From an uncultured virus (IMG/VR IMGVR_UViG_3300032295_003395) (lineage: Duplodnaviria > Heunggongvirae > Uroviricota > Caudoviricetes), in IMG/VR virus record IMGVR_UViG_3300032295_003395: DNA of 64,000 nt; one strand, 5' to 3'. The position numbers and the translations under genes were made by a program. The notes beneath the pieces were generated by a model. It was not told the origin of the DNA and made no database searches. It saw only the letters and a list, made by a program, of their open reading frames with translations. Below, piece after piece: positions 7,889 to 15,637 of this stretch (its first letter is position 1; each line of letters opens with the position of its first letter).

Positions 7889-7958
7889 CAAGGAGTTCTC
7901 GATCTCAAGTGCTGGTTAGTGAAACATCTAATCGATGAGCCCATCAAAATCGGAATTT

Positions 7959-8040
7959 GCCTGTATCGCATAGCGGCAATTGCAGCTGACTGTAAATCAG
8001 CTCCCTTACGGGTTCGGAGGTTCGAGTCCTTCTGCAGGCA
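7959..8040 (+). tRNA. tRNA-Tyr(GTA)
   Basis: GCTGA-CTGTAAA-TCAGC, variable arm. Confidence 0.95.
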
Positions 8041-8049
8041 CAAAAAAAT

Positions 8050-8122
8050 GGACTGGTAGCTCAGTTGGTAGAGCGTTGGACTGAAGATCCAAGCGTCGGG
8101 GGTTCGAACCCCTCCCGGTCCA
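8050..8122 (+). tRNA. tRNA-Phe(GAA)
   Basis: TTGGA-CTGAAGA-TCCAA. Confidence 0.95.
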
Positions 8123-8128
8123 CAATAT

Positions 8129-8202
8129 GGAGTTATAGCTCAATTGGTTAGAGCATTCGCCTGATACGCGAAAGGTTATAGGTTCGAGTCCTATTCTCTC
8201 CA
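8129..8202 (+). tRNA. tRNA-Ile(GAT)
   Basis: TTCGC-CTGATAC-GCGAA; two acceptor mismatches. Confidence 0.9.
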
Positions 8203-8207
8203 CTTAT

Positions 8208-8281
8208 GGTGATGTAGCTCAATTGGTAAGAGCAGGACGCTTATATCGTCAAGGTTATGGGTTCAAGTCCCTTCATCACTA
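8208..8281 (+). tRNA. tRNA-Ile(TAT)
   Basis: GACG-CTTATAT-CGTC; acceptor GGTGATG/CATCACT. Confidence 0.88.
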
Positions 8282-8286
8282 CAAAA

Positions 8287-8370
8287 GGAAAGTAAAACAG
8301 CCAGGGTGCTGTCACCGCCTGCTAAGCGAGTGGTACTTTAGGGTATGAATTTCGATTATTCTGCTTTCCG
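8287..8370 (+). tRNA. tRNA-Ser(GCT), non-canonical 8/4 cloverleaf
   Basis: 8-bp acceptor GGAAAGTA/TGCTTTCC, 4-bp T-stem GAAT/ATTC, D-stem ACAGC/GCTGT, loop CTGCTAA, G73. Confidence 0.85.
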
Positions 8371-8400
8371 CTAAAATAAATTATTTATAAACAAAAAGCT

Positions 8401-8853
8401 ATGGAATTCAAAACACTACGAGACAGAAAAAGTATCGATTTAGTGGACTATGTCAGGTCATACCTAATCGAACACCCAGAAGTTGAAATCCTTATTGGAT
8501 GCGACTCACAAAACCATGCCGATACAACAGTATACGCTACAGTAGTTGCTTTGTATTTTCCAAGAAATGGTGCTCATTTATTGTTCTGCAAAGAGGTAAC
8601 ACCGATTGAAAGAACAAGACAAGTAAGATTAATGAATGAAGTTTGGAAATCTGTTGATATTGCTGAACAGTTAAGATTAGCAGGTTTACCAAGAGCCAAA
8701 TATATTGACGTTGACCTTAACCCTGATAAAAGATATAAATCAAATGAAGTATTAAGATCTGCAGTTGGTTTAGTTGAAGGAATGGGTTATAACGTGAGAT
8801 ATAAAACATTAGGTGCGTTAGTAACACATGCTGCTGATGCATTGGTAAAATAA
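8401..8853 (+). CDS. RNase H-like YkuK (DUF458) family protein
   Basis: IGCDSQ, RLMNEVWKS, IDVDLNP, AADAL motifs. Confidence 0.85.
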   Translation: MEFKTLRDRKSIDLVDYVRSYLIEHPEVEILIGCDSQNHADTTVYATVVALYFPRNGAHLLFCKEVTPIERTRQVRLMNEVWKSVDIAEQLRLAGLPRAKYIDVDLNPDKRYKSNEVLRSAVGLVEGMGYNVRYKTLGALVTHAADALVK

Positions 8854-8858
8854 ATGTT

Positions 8859-8930
8859 GGTTCCTTAGTTCAATGGATAGAACACTTGACTACGGATCAA
8901 GAGATAGGAGTTCGAATCTCTTAGGAACTA
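8859..8930 (+). tRNA. tRNA-Arg(ACG)
   Basis: CTTGA-CTACGGA-TCAAG. Confidence 0.93.
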
Positions 8931-8935
8931 CAAAT

Positions 8936-9007
8936 GGTCAGTTGTCTGATTGGTAAGGTCCAAGTCTGCAAAACTTCGGTATATAGGTTCAAATCCTATA
9001 CTGACCT
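8936..9007 (+). tRNA. tRNA-Cys(GCA)
   Basis: AAGT-CTGCAAA-ACTT, U73. Confidence 0.9.
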
Positions 9008-9013
9008 CAACAC

Positions 9014-9084
9014 GCGTCTATGGTGAAATGGTATCATGATGGTCTCCAAAACCATTGTTCAAGGTTCGAATCCTTGTGGGCGTG
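9014..9084 (+). tRNA. tRNA-Trp(CCA)
   Basis: ATGGT-CTCCAAA-ACCAT. Confidence 0.93.
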
Positions 9085-9090
9085 CTAAAT

Positions 9091-9164
9091 GGTGGTTATA
9101 GCTCAGTAGGTAGAGCAAAGGATTGTGGTTCCTTGTGCCATGGGTTCGATTCCCATTAATCACC
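9091..9164 (+). tRNA. tRNA-His(GTG)
   Basis: AAGGA-TTGTGGT-TCCTT, G-1:C73. Confidence 0.93.
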
Positions 9165-9186
9165 CTAAAAAATCTTCTGCAAAAGA

Positions 9187-9218
9187 TTTGGAGAAGTAAA
9201 AAAATGGTCGTACATTTA
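9187..9218 (+). promoter_or_regulatory. early promoter inside tRNA array
   Basis: TTTG-N20-TACATTTA. Confidence 0.75.
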
Positions 9219-9234
9219 CGACATAAGATTAAAT

Positions 9235-9315
9235 GCCCTGGTGGTGGAATGGTAGACACGCTGGTCTTAGAAACCAGTGCTTAATTGCATGCGAGTTCGA
9301 GTCTCGCCCTCGGTA
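9235..9315 (+). tRNA. tRNA-Leu(TAG)
   Basis: CTGGT-CTTAGAA-ACCAG. Confidence 0.92.
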
Positions 9316-9323
9316 CAAAAAAT

Positions 9324-9395
9324 GTCTCAATAGCTCAGTGGTAGAGCAAGCGGCTGTTAACCGCTGGGTCGTAGGTTCGAATCCTTCTTGGGACG
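9324..9395 (+). tRNA. tRNA-Asn(GTT)
   Basis: AGCGG-CTGTTAA-CCGCT. Confidence 0.93.
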
Positions 9396-9402
9396 CAAAA
9401 AT

Positions 9403-9474
9403 GGCCCGTTCGTCTAACGGTTAGGACGTTAGGTTTTCAACCTAGAAACACGAGTTCGATTCTCGTACGGGCTA
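9403..9474 (+). tRNA. tRNA-Glu(TTC)
   Basis: TAGG-TTTTCAA-CCTA. Confidence 0.93.
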
Positions 9475-9482
9475 CAATAAAT

Positions 9483-9560
9483 TGCGGGGTGGAGGAGATG
9501 GTTTCACTTACTGGGCTCATAACCCAGAGATCGCCGGTTCGAGTCCGGCCCCCGCAACCA
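9483..9560 (+). tRNA. initiator tRNA-fMet(CAT)
   Basis: CTGGG-CTCATAA-CCCAG (three G-C pairs), encoded CCA. Confidence 0.9.
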
Positions 9561-9562
9561 AA

Positions 9563-9642
9563 TTGCAATGCAGGTGCAGCGCTGATCTCATGAGTCAGAT
9601 TGGGTAGCTCCCCGTGGGTGGTTCGAGTCCATCAATTGCAAC
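9563..9642 (+). tRNA. atypical tRNA-like RNA with CAT anticodon
   Basis: acceptor TTGCAAT/ATTGCAA, CTGAT-CTCATGA-GTCAG, T-arm GGTGG-TTCGAGT-CCATC; D-arm much reduced, long variable region. Confidence 0.65.
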
Positions 9643-9647
9643 TAAAT

Positions 9648-9718
9648 TTTCCTCTCGTCTAGCGGCAGGACGTCTGGTTTTGGGCCAGAAAACCGAGGTT
9701 CGAATCCTTGGGGGAAAA
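9648..9718 (+). tRNA. tRNA-Gln(TTG)
   Basis: TCTGG-TTTTGGG-CCAGA. Confidence 0.9.
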
Positions 9719-9723
9719 CAATT

Positions 9724-9796
9724 GGGGTTGTAGCTCAACTGGCTGAGCGCTACCCTTGCAAGGTAGAGGATGAGGGTTCGAATCCCTTCAGCTCCA
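9724..9796 (+). tRNA. tRNA-Ala(TGC)
   Basis: CTACC-CTTGCAA-GGTAG, G3:U70. Confidence 0.95.
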
Positions 9797-9797
9797 C

Positions 9798-9912
9798 AAA
9801 ACATAATATGGGTAGGTAGGATGTTAGAAGTCGTTCCCCAAATTACGGTCTAACAAGGTAAAACGTTCAGTTGTAAAATTGGGTAAACATTATTAAAGTA
9901 GTATTATGTTTT
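9798..9912 (+). ncRNA. putative structured small RNA (spacer 1)
   Basis: 11-bp closing stem AAAACATAATA/TATTATGTTTT, inner hairpins TGTTAGA/TCTAACA and CAGTT-GTAA-AATTG. Confidence 0.5.
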
Positions 9913-9916
9913 ATTT

Positions 9917-9988
9917 GGTCCATTGGTGTAATGGCTAACATGCGGCACTGTCTATGCTGCGCTACGAGTTCGATTCTCGTATGGACCG
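9917..9988 (+). tRNA. tRNA-Asp(GTC)
   Basis: CGGCA-CTGTCTA-TGCTG, G73. Confidence 0.93.
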
Positions 9989-9989
9989 C

Positions 9990-10116
9990 AAAAGAAAAGC
10001 AGTTAAGCTGTAATTGAGAAGTAGAGTGTTTTAAATGCTGAAAAAGGGTTAGTAGTAGGTAGGCGTCACTCATTGCACTCAATCAGTAACCCTGAAAGAC
10101 CCAAAGCTTTTCTTTT
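9990..10116 (+). ncRNA. putative structured small RNA (spacer 2), possible pseudoknot
   Basis: 11-bp closing stem AAAAGAAAAGC/GCTTTTCTTTT; AGGGTTA/TAACCCT crosses GAGTG/CACTC and TTGAG/CTCAA. Confidence 0.5.
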
Positions 10117-10120
10117 ATTT

Positions 10121-10193
10121 CGGGAAGTAGATCAGTTGGTAGATCGCCTGGTTTGGGACCAGGAGGTCGCAGGTTCGAGTCCTGTCTTCCCGA
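10121..10193 (+). tRNA. tRNA-Pro(TGG)
   Basis: CCTGG-TTTGGGA-CCAGG. Confidence 0.95.
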
Positions 10194-10267
10194 CAAATAA
10201 TTTTTTTCCAATATGTATTGTTGATAAAAGTTTTTCCAAATGTTGTTGATTTTGTTAACAATTAAAT

Positions 10268-12169
10268 ATGAAAATGAAAAAACTCTTATTAACTCTCTTG
10301 GTCAGCATTCTGACCTTTTCTGCTTTCTCGCAGACGACTCCCCCAGCTCCTGGTACTGGAAAATGGTTAATTGTTGATACTAACTACACAGTTGGTACAG
10401 CAGCAGTTGGTGTAACTAAAGCGGATCTTTACTATCGAAACACAACAAACCAGAAAATTACTGGTATGCAGTTCCGTGTTTGGTATGATAAAGATGCCTT
10501 TAACGGTGCTGCTCCTACAGTAGCTTTAAAGTATCCACCTGCTAACCAATACATGCAGTATGTTACTAATACTACAGAAGGTAACATTACTGTAACATTG
10601 GTTTATACAGGTACCAATGCTGTCTTTTCTTATTTAGATACAGCTGCCGTAGAAGTTACTTTAACTCATGCTGCTCCTGCTATTTGGAATACTTTGGATA
10701 GTGTTAAAACCATGAAAATTACAGGTACTACAGTTTTCAATAACTTAGCATCTACTAATTTAGGTAATGATACTACATTAACTATGTATTCTTATGGTGG
10801 TCATTTCTTACAACAAACATTAACTTTTAAAGGAACATTTTTAACTACAGCAGGTTCAGGTGCTAAAAACTTGACATTAGCTTTAGAAAAGAAACCTAAA
10901 ACTGGTTCTACATGGACTCAAGTAAATAGTTATACTACTAATCTTCAAGGTAAATTCCAGTTTACTGAAACTTTAGATACAACATATTGGGATACTCGTA
11001 TTGCTGTTAAAGGTGATACTATGGGTGTTGGTAATATATTGTCTACAGCGGACGCTCAAAAGATTAACCAATCAGTCCTTGCCCAATACACTCCAGTTGG
11101 ATTCGACTTTTATACGATGGATATAAACAACTCTAATAGCATTACAATTACCGATGCTTATGGAGTATTTAGTAAATTAGCAGGTAACTTCCCTTCTTGG
11201 CCTAATAACACTCAAAACTTATTATTCTTTACTCCTTCAGAATATACTGCTATTAATGGTTCTACAACAAGTTTACAAACAACCTACCCAGGTGTAACTA
11301 ACTTTACACATTACATTAATGGTGGTGTTGATTCAGTAACATATTACATAGCTGTTAAAGGTGATGCTAATAATACAGGATATAATATGGCTCGTTTAAC
11401 ACCAATTCCAATTGTTGTTCCTGAAAAAGCACCTCAATATGTAATTGATAATACTGTTAAATATGATAATGTAGTTGATAGTATTGAAATTAATATGCCT
11501 AAAGTTAATGTTGAAGCAGGTAATTTAGTTAATATTCCTATTAAAGTATTAACAAATGGAAAATCATTAAGTGCTTTACAACTTTATTTAAAATATGATG
11601 ATGAATTACTTGAGTTTAAAAAAGTAATAAATAGTGAAAAAGCAATGAAGTGGATGACTTATTTGAATCCTTCAAATGGAGTTGTTGCTTGGGGGGGATT
11701 TGATATTACAAATGAAAATTTACTTAATGATGGTGAACAAGCCTTTACTTTACAATTCGTAGCTAAACAACCTCAAAATCAATGGACTACAGCTGCTTTG
11801 TGGACAAGTGATAAATACGTTGGTGATAATTTAGCAAGAGACCTTAATATTACTCCAGCAATGGGGATTGTTGAGGTAAAAAAAGTAGTATTTAAACCTA
11901 AAGTAGATAATTCAATATTAGATCTTAAAATTTCTCCTAACCCAAACAATGGTGAATATTTAGTATCTTTTAATTTGGTTGAAGACGGTATTACTGAGGT
12001 GGCTTTATATGATGTTTATGGAAGAAAATTAGGAACATTAGTAAATGAATTAATGCCCGCTGGTGAATATTTATATTCAGCTAAATTTTTGGTTAAAGGT
12101 GGTATGTATTATACTGCTGTTACCAATAATGGAAAAGTAGCAACTTATAAAACTGTAATTTTAAAATAA
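10268..12169 (+). CDS. secreted cohesin/dockerin-like protein with T9SS type A C-terminal sorting domain
   Basis: signal peptide AFS-Q; cohesin-like GMQFRVWYD and ALQLYLKYDDELLEF; dockerin-like DINNSNSITITDA; CTD ISPNP...LYDVYGRKL...GMYY...YKTVILK. Confidence 0.8.
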   Translation: MKMKKLLLTLLVSILTFSAFSQTTPPAPGTGKWLIVDTNYTVGTAAVGVTKADLYYRNTTNQKITGMQFRVWYDKDAFNGAAPTVALKYPPANQYMQYVTNTTEGNITVTLVYTGTNAVFSYLDTAAVEVTLTHAAPAIWNTLDSVKTMKITGTTVFNNLASTNLGNDTTLTMYSYGGHFLQQTLTFKGTFLTTAGSGAKNLTLALEKKPKTGSTWTQVNSYTTNLQGKFQFTETLDTTYWDTRIAVKGDTMGVGNILSTADAQKINQSVLAQYTPVGFDFYTMDINNSNSITITDAYGVFSKLAGNFPSWPNNTQNLLFFTPSEYTAINGSTTSLQTTYPGVTNFTHYINGGVDSVTYYIAVKGDANNTGYNMARLTPIPIVVPEKAPQYVIDNTVKYDNVVDSIEINMPKVNVEAGNLVNIPIKVLTNGKSLSALQLYLKYDDELLEFKKVINSEKAMKWMTYLNPSNGVVAWGGFDITNENLLNDGEQAFTLQFVAKQPQNQWTTAALWTSDKYVGDNLARDLNITPAMGIVEVKKVVFKPKVDNSILDLKISPNPNNGEYLVSFNLVEDGITEVALYDVYGRKLGTLVNELMPAGEYLYSAKFLVKGGMYYTAVTNNGKVATYKTVILK

Positions 12170-12170
12170 A

Positions 12171-12503
12171 ATGAGCGAAGAAACACAAAACGACGGTACT
12201 TGGTCAGGTCTTAAAAAGACTATTATAGGAACATTATCAACAGCTGTATTAGCTGGTGGTACTTGGTTTACAACAACTTTATTTGGAGGACACGAAGAAG
12301 AATCTAAAGAAGAAGTTAAAACAGAACAATCAGCTCCTTCATCAGCAGCTCCTGTTGTAATTAATGTTCAACAAAACCAAGAAAATAAACAACAAGTTAA
12401 ACAAGGTGGTGGAACTGTTGTTAGAGAACGCATTATTGAAAAACCAGTTGAGAAACCAGCTCCTGCTAAAGCTCAACCTGAAAATGATGAGGATCCATGG
12501 TAA
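12171..12503 (+). CDS. single-pass membrane protein with Q/P/K-rich tail
   Basis: hydrophobic TIIGTLSTAVLAGGTWF followed by low-complexity region. Confidence 0.7.
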   Translation: MSEETQNDGTWSGLKKTIIGTLSTAVLAGGTWFTTTLFGGHEEESKEEVKTEQSAPSSAAPVVINVQQNQENKQQVKQGGGTVVRERIIEKPVEKPAPAKAQPENDEDPW

Positions 12504-13186
12504 GAAAAATATTTTGGTTATTATTAATTCCTATTTTAGTAGGTTGTGGTTCAATGAAAACTACAACTGAGGATGAAGTAATTGAAACAAAAAGTATATC
12601 AACAGTTTCTAATTATACTGATAGTTTAAAATATGCAGTTCAAGTAGTTAATGTCGATATGACTAAAGTCTTAACACTGTACCCAGATCTTCAAGAAAAA
12701 GGTGTAGGTTTAGGATTTGCTGAGTCTGTATTAGATTATTTAGATGAAACAGGAAGATTTATATTCACAGAAGAAAAATCCGAAATCAAAGAAAGAATGG
12801 TTACTCAATTTAAAGCTTCTAAAAAAGGAATCTTTGAAGAGCCCATTGATGGAAAAGGTAAAATTAAAGCTGCTCGTTACTTTGTTTATGTTACTGTGGC
12901 CGATTTTGCTGTTGATGAAGATGAAACTATTGAAAAGGGCAAAGCAAAAGTTGTTGTAACAACATTTATTCGCCTTCAAGTAAGATTTGTAGATGCTGAG
13001 ACTGGTCAAATTTATATAGGTTCTGGGGAAGGTGAAGCTACTAAAACAGGTGAATCTTTTCTTAAATCTTTAGATGGAATGAAATTCTCTCAAAGTACAG
13101 TTGGTAAGGCAACTCGCAAATCTTTAGAAACCGCAAGTACTAAAGTAATCGAAAACCTTATAAAAAACGGTGTATTTAAAAATTAA
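12497..13186 (+). CDS. CsgG/HfaB-like lipoprotein
   Basis: lipobox LVG-C; LDETGRFIFTEE, IKAARYFVYVTV, LQVRFVDAETGQI..SGEGEA, VGKATRKSLE. Confidence 0.75.
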   Translation: MVRKIFWLLLIPILVGCGSMKTTTEDEVIETKSISTVSNYTDSLKYAVQVVNVDMTKVLTLYPDLQEKGVGLGFAESVLDYLDETGRFIFTEEKSEIKERMVTQFKASKKGIFEEPIDGKGKIKAARYFVYVTVADFAVDEDETIEKGKAKVVVTTFIRLQVRFVDAETGQIYIGSGEGEATKTGESFLKSLDGMKFSQSTVGKATRKSLETASTKVIENLIKNGVFKN

Positions 13187-14648
13187 ATTATTAATATTAT
13201 GTCTTATTGGAGGACTGTCTCTTTACGGGCAGTCCTTCATGTACTCTTATACAGATCCTTGTACTCAAGAGATGAAGACAATCGTCTATGATATGTCAGC
13301 TCCAGTAGTTGTATCATATTACGGACAAACAAGAGCATTTACATATGCTGAAATGCAAAATGGTGCGTTTGATAGTTGGTTATCAGTTGTTTATTCACAA
13401 TATACCGCTCAACCATGTCAAGGTGTATTAACTACAATTACAACCACATCATCTACAACATTAACTACAAATGTTATAAACACGGTTTTAAACCTTAGTA
13501 CGATAACTTCTATATCATCCATGGGAGGTATTGGAAATAATATAGGAAACACAGTAAATACAGGTACAAACGTTGAAGAAAAAAAAGGAGGTAAAAATGA
13601 AAAGAACAATAACAATAATTCTACCAATTCTAATAATAATAACTCTGTTTCTAACCCAACAACTGGTAATAGCTCTAACAGTAACCCCACTGGTACTAAT
13701 GTTGGGGGCAATGTTCCTGGGGGAACTACTGGTGGAGGAGAACAAGGAAATCCAACAACTCCAACAACAGGAGAAACAACCCCAGAAACAGGAGGAACTG
13801 CAACAAATCCAGAACAGACTGGAGGATCTGGAGGAACTGTAGAAACAGGTAGTAATCCAAATGGAGGTAATGGTAGTGGAGGTAATGGTACTCAAAGTGG
13901 TCAAAGCGAAAACACACCACCAACTCAAGAGGAAATAAATAAAACAAAAACAGATCAACAAAAAGCAACATCAAGTAATGCTGCTAAGACAACATCTAAA
14001 GCTAAAAATGAAACCCAAAAACCTGCTATTTTATTAACAGGTGATATTGTTGGTTTACAAAAAACAACTGATAGTACTCAAGATGCTAGGGGAACTTTAT
14101 CTTATACTCGAGTAAAAGGAGATGGAACAGCTTCATTAGGTGTATCGGCTGATTATATGGTAAATGCTAAAATTGGTAATATTACTGTAATGAAATCTTG
14201 GATTGCAACCAAATCTAATGGTGATAAAAGTATCAATTTAGTATCCTCAGGATTTTCATTTATGCCAGGATCTATTACTAATACTTCAATGTTTATTCGT
14301 ATTAATAGTCTTAAGAAATTTACTGCACTTTATGGTGCTGCTGCTTCTTATGGAAAATTATATAGAGAAGAAATAATCACTGGTTTGGGTATTGCTGGTT
14401 TTATGTATAAAGGGAAAATAGCTAAAAAAGTAGATGCTACTATAATTTTAGCAGGTGTTTATGCTCCTTATACAAAATATTATACTCAAACATGGTTTAC
14501 TAACATGCCTTTAATTGTTCCTTTTGTTAATATTAATTACAAAATGACTAAAACTTTTGGAATGGGGTTAACAGGTGGTACAACTTATATGGCCGGACAA
14601 AATGTTATTAATTATCAAGTATTATTAGGAGCAAAATTAATATTATGA
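13170..14648 (+). CDS. secreted protein, N/G/T-rich linker, putative C-terminal outer-membrane beta-barrel
   Basis: signal peptide LYG-Q; amphipathic beta strands ending FVNINYKMTKTFGMGL...YQVLLGAKLIL. Confidence 0.65.
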   Translation: MYLKIKLLILCLIGGLSLYGQSFMYSYTDPCTQEMKTIVYDMSAPVVVSYYGQTRAFTYAEMQNGAFDSWLSVVYSQYTAQPCQGVLTTITTTSSTTLTTNVINTVLNLSTITSISSMGGIGNNIGNTVNTGTNVEEKKGGKNEKNNNNNSTNSNNNNSVSNPTTGNSSNSNPTGTNVGGNVPGGTTGGGEQGNPTTPTTGETTPETGGTATNPEQTGGSGGTVETGSNPNGGNGSGGNGTQSGQSENTPPTQEEINKTKTDQQKATSSNAAKTTSKAKNETQKPAILLTGDIVGLQKTTDSTQDARGTLSYTRVKGDGTASLGVSADYMVNAKIGNITVMKSWIATKSNGDKSINLVSSGFSFMPGSITNTSMFIRINSLKKFTALYGAAASYGKLYREEIITGLGIAGFMYKGKIAKKVDATIILAGVYAPYTKYYTQTWFTNMPLIVPFVNINYKMTKTFGMGLTGGTTYMAGQNVINYQVLLGAKLIL

Positions 14649-15625
14649 AGTGGCTAATTGTATTTTTATTATTTACAAATACACTATTTGGACAGTTTAC
14701 ATATTCCGGATACATTTATAATGCTAATGGAACTGGGGCTGTTAATGTTCCTGTTAAATTATATAGAAGAACAAACTCAACAATTACAGGTTTTACAAAC
14801 CAACAAAATTATAATGGACACTCTTACTATAGATCGACTGGTACAGCGTTTTGGACTACAGCTAGGCAAAACTGTATAGATATGGGGGGTCATTTAGTAA
14901 CAGTTACTAGTTCCGGAGAAAATAGTTTTTTATATAATTTATGGCCTTCAGGGTGGATAGGATTAACAGATGAAGTTACTGAAGGAACATGGAGGTGGGT
15001 AACAGGAGAAACTTATTCATATACCTCTTGGAATCCTGGAGAACCCAATAATGCTGGGAATGAGGATTATGTTCAATTTGTTGGAGGAGGTAAATGGAAT
15101 GACTTGCCTAATAATTATTCATTACCTTATGTAATTGAATTTGAATATATTGTAACAACTTCTTCTTGGGCTTATTATAAAACAGTTTACACAAACTCAA
15201 CAGGTAAATACACTATATCGGAAACTTATGATCCATCAAAAGAATATTATATTCAACTTGATGTACCTCCATTAACTCAATCTTTTTCTGTTACGGATGG
15301 ATTAACTATATCTAATATAATTTTAGGTTTAACTAGTATAAATGGTTTATCATATCATAGATTTGATTTAAATAATGATGGAAAAATTAATGTAGCAGAT
15401 GAATATATGTTATTTTCAAGAAAAGCAGGTATTCGTAATAGTTGGGTAGTTCCTGATTGTAGGTTTTATACAACTGCTCAATATAATGCTATTGTTTCTT
15501 CTTCAGGAAACGTTAGAGTTACTTATCCAGGAGTAACATCAGTTACAACTTCAACACTAACTTCAGGTGGAACTTTAAACTATTATTTAATAGCCCCAGG
15601 ATATTCTGGTTCTGTTACTTATTAA
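14645..15625 (+). CDS. secreted C-type lectin plus dockerin-like protein
   Basis: signal LFG-Q; GGHLVTVTS, WIGL, WNPGEPNN, WNDL lectin motifs; DLNNDGKINVAD Ca-binding loop. Confidence 0.85.
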   Translation: MKWLIVFLLFTNTLFGQFTYSGYIYNANGTGAVNVPVKLYRRTNSTITGFTNQQNYNGHSYYRSTGTAFWTTARQNCIDMGGHLVTVTSSGENSFLYNLWPSGWIGLTDEVTEGTWRWVTGETYSYTSWNPGEPNNAGNEDYVQFVGGGKWNDLPNNYSLPYVIEFEYIVTTSSWAYYKTVYTNSTGKYTISETYDPSKEYYIQLDVPPLTQSFSVTDGLTISNIILGLTSINGLSYHRFDLNNDGKINVADEYMLFSRKAGIRNSWVVPDCRFYTTAQYNAIVSSSGNVRVTYPGVTSVTTSTLTSGGTLNYYLIAPGYSGSVTY

Positions 15626-15634
15626 TATTTATAA
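15624..15634 (+). promoter_or_regulatory. putative late promoter motif (A)ATATTTATA(A)
   Basis: recurs before structural/lysis genes: 4000, 17172, 18799, 21311, 24010, 33596, 39528, 45597, 48359, 52737, 58061, 60767, 62708. Confidence 0.7.
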
Positions 15635-15637
15635 CAA

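Noticed and set aside
7762..7958. tRNA-associated theta/HDV-like or hammerhead ribozymes in spacers
   Set aside because: Could not build P1/P2/P3/P1.1 or a complete CUGAUGA-GAAA core by eye; a covariance search is still worthwhile
5710..10082. Short ORFs on both strands across the tRNA island (e.g. 5710-5937, 7640-7891, 7859-8059, 9233-9424)
   Set aside because: They are translations of tRNA or ncRNA sequence
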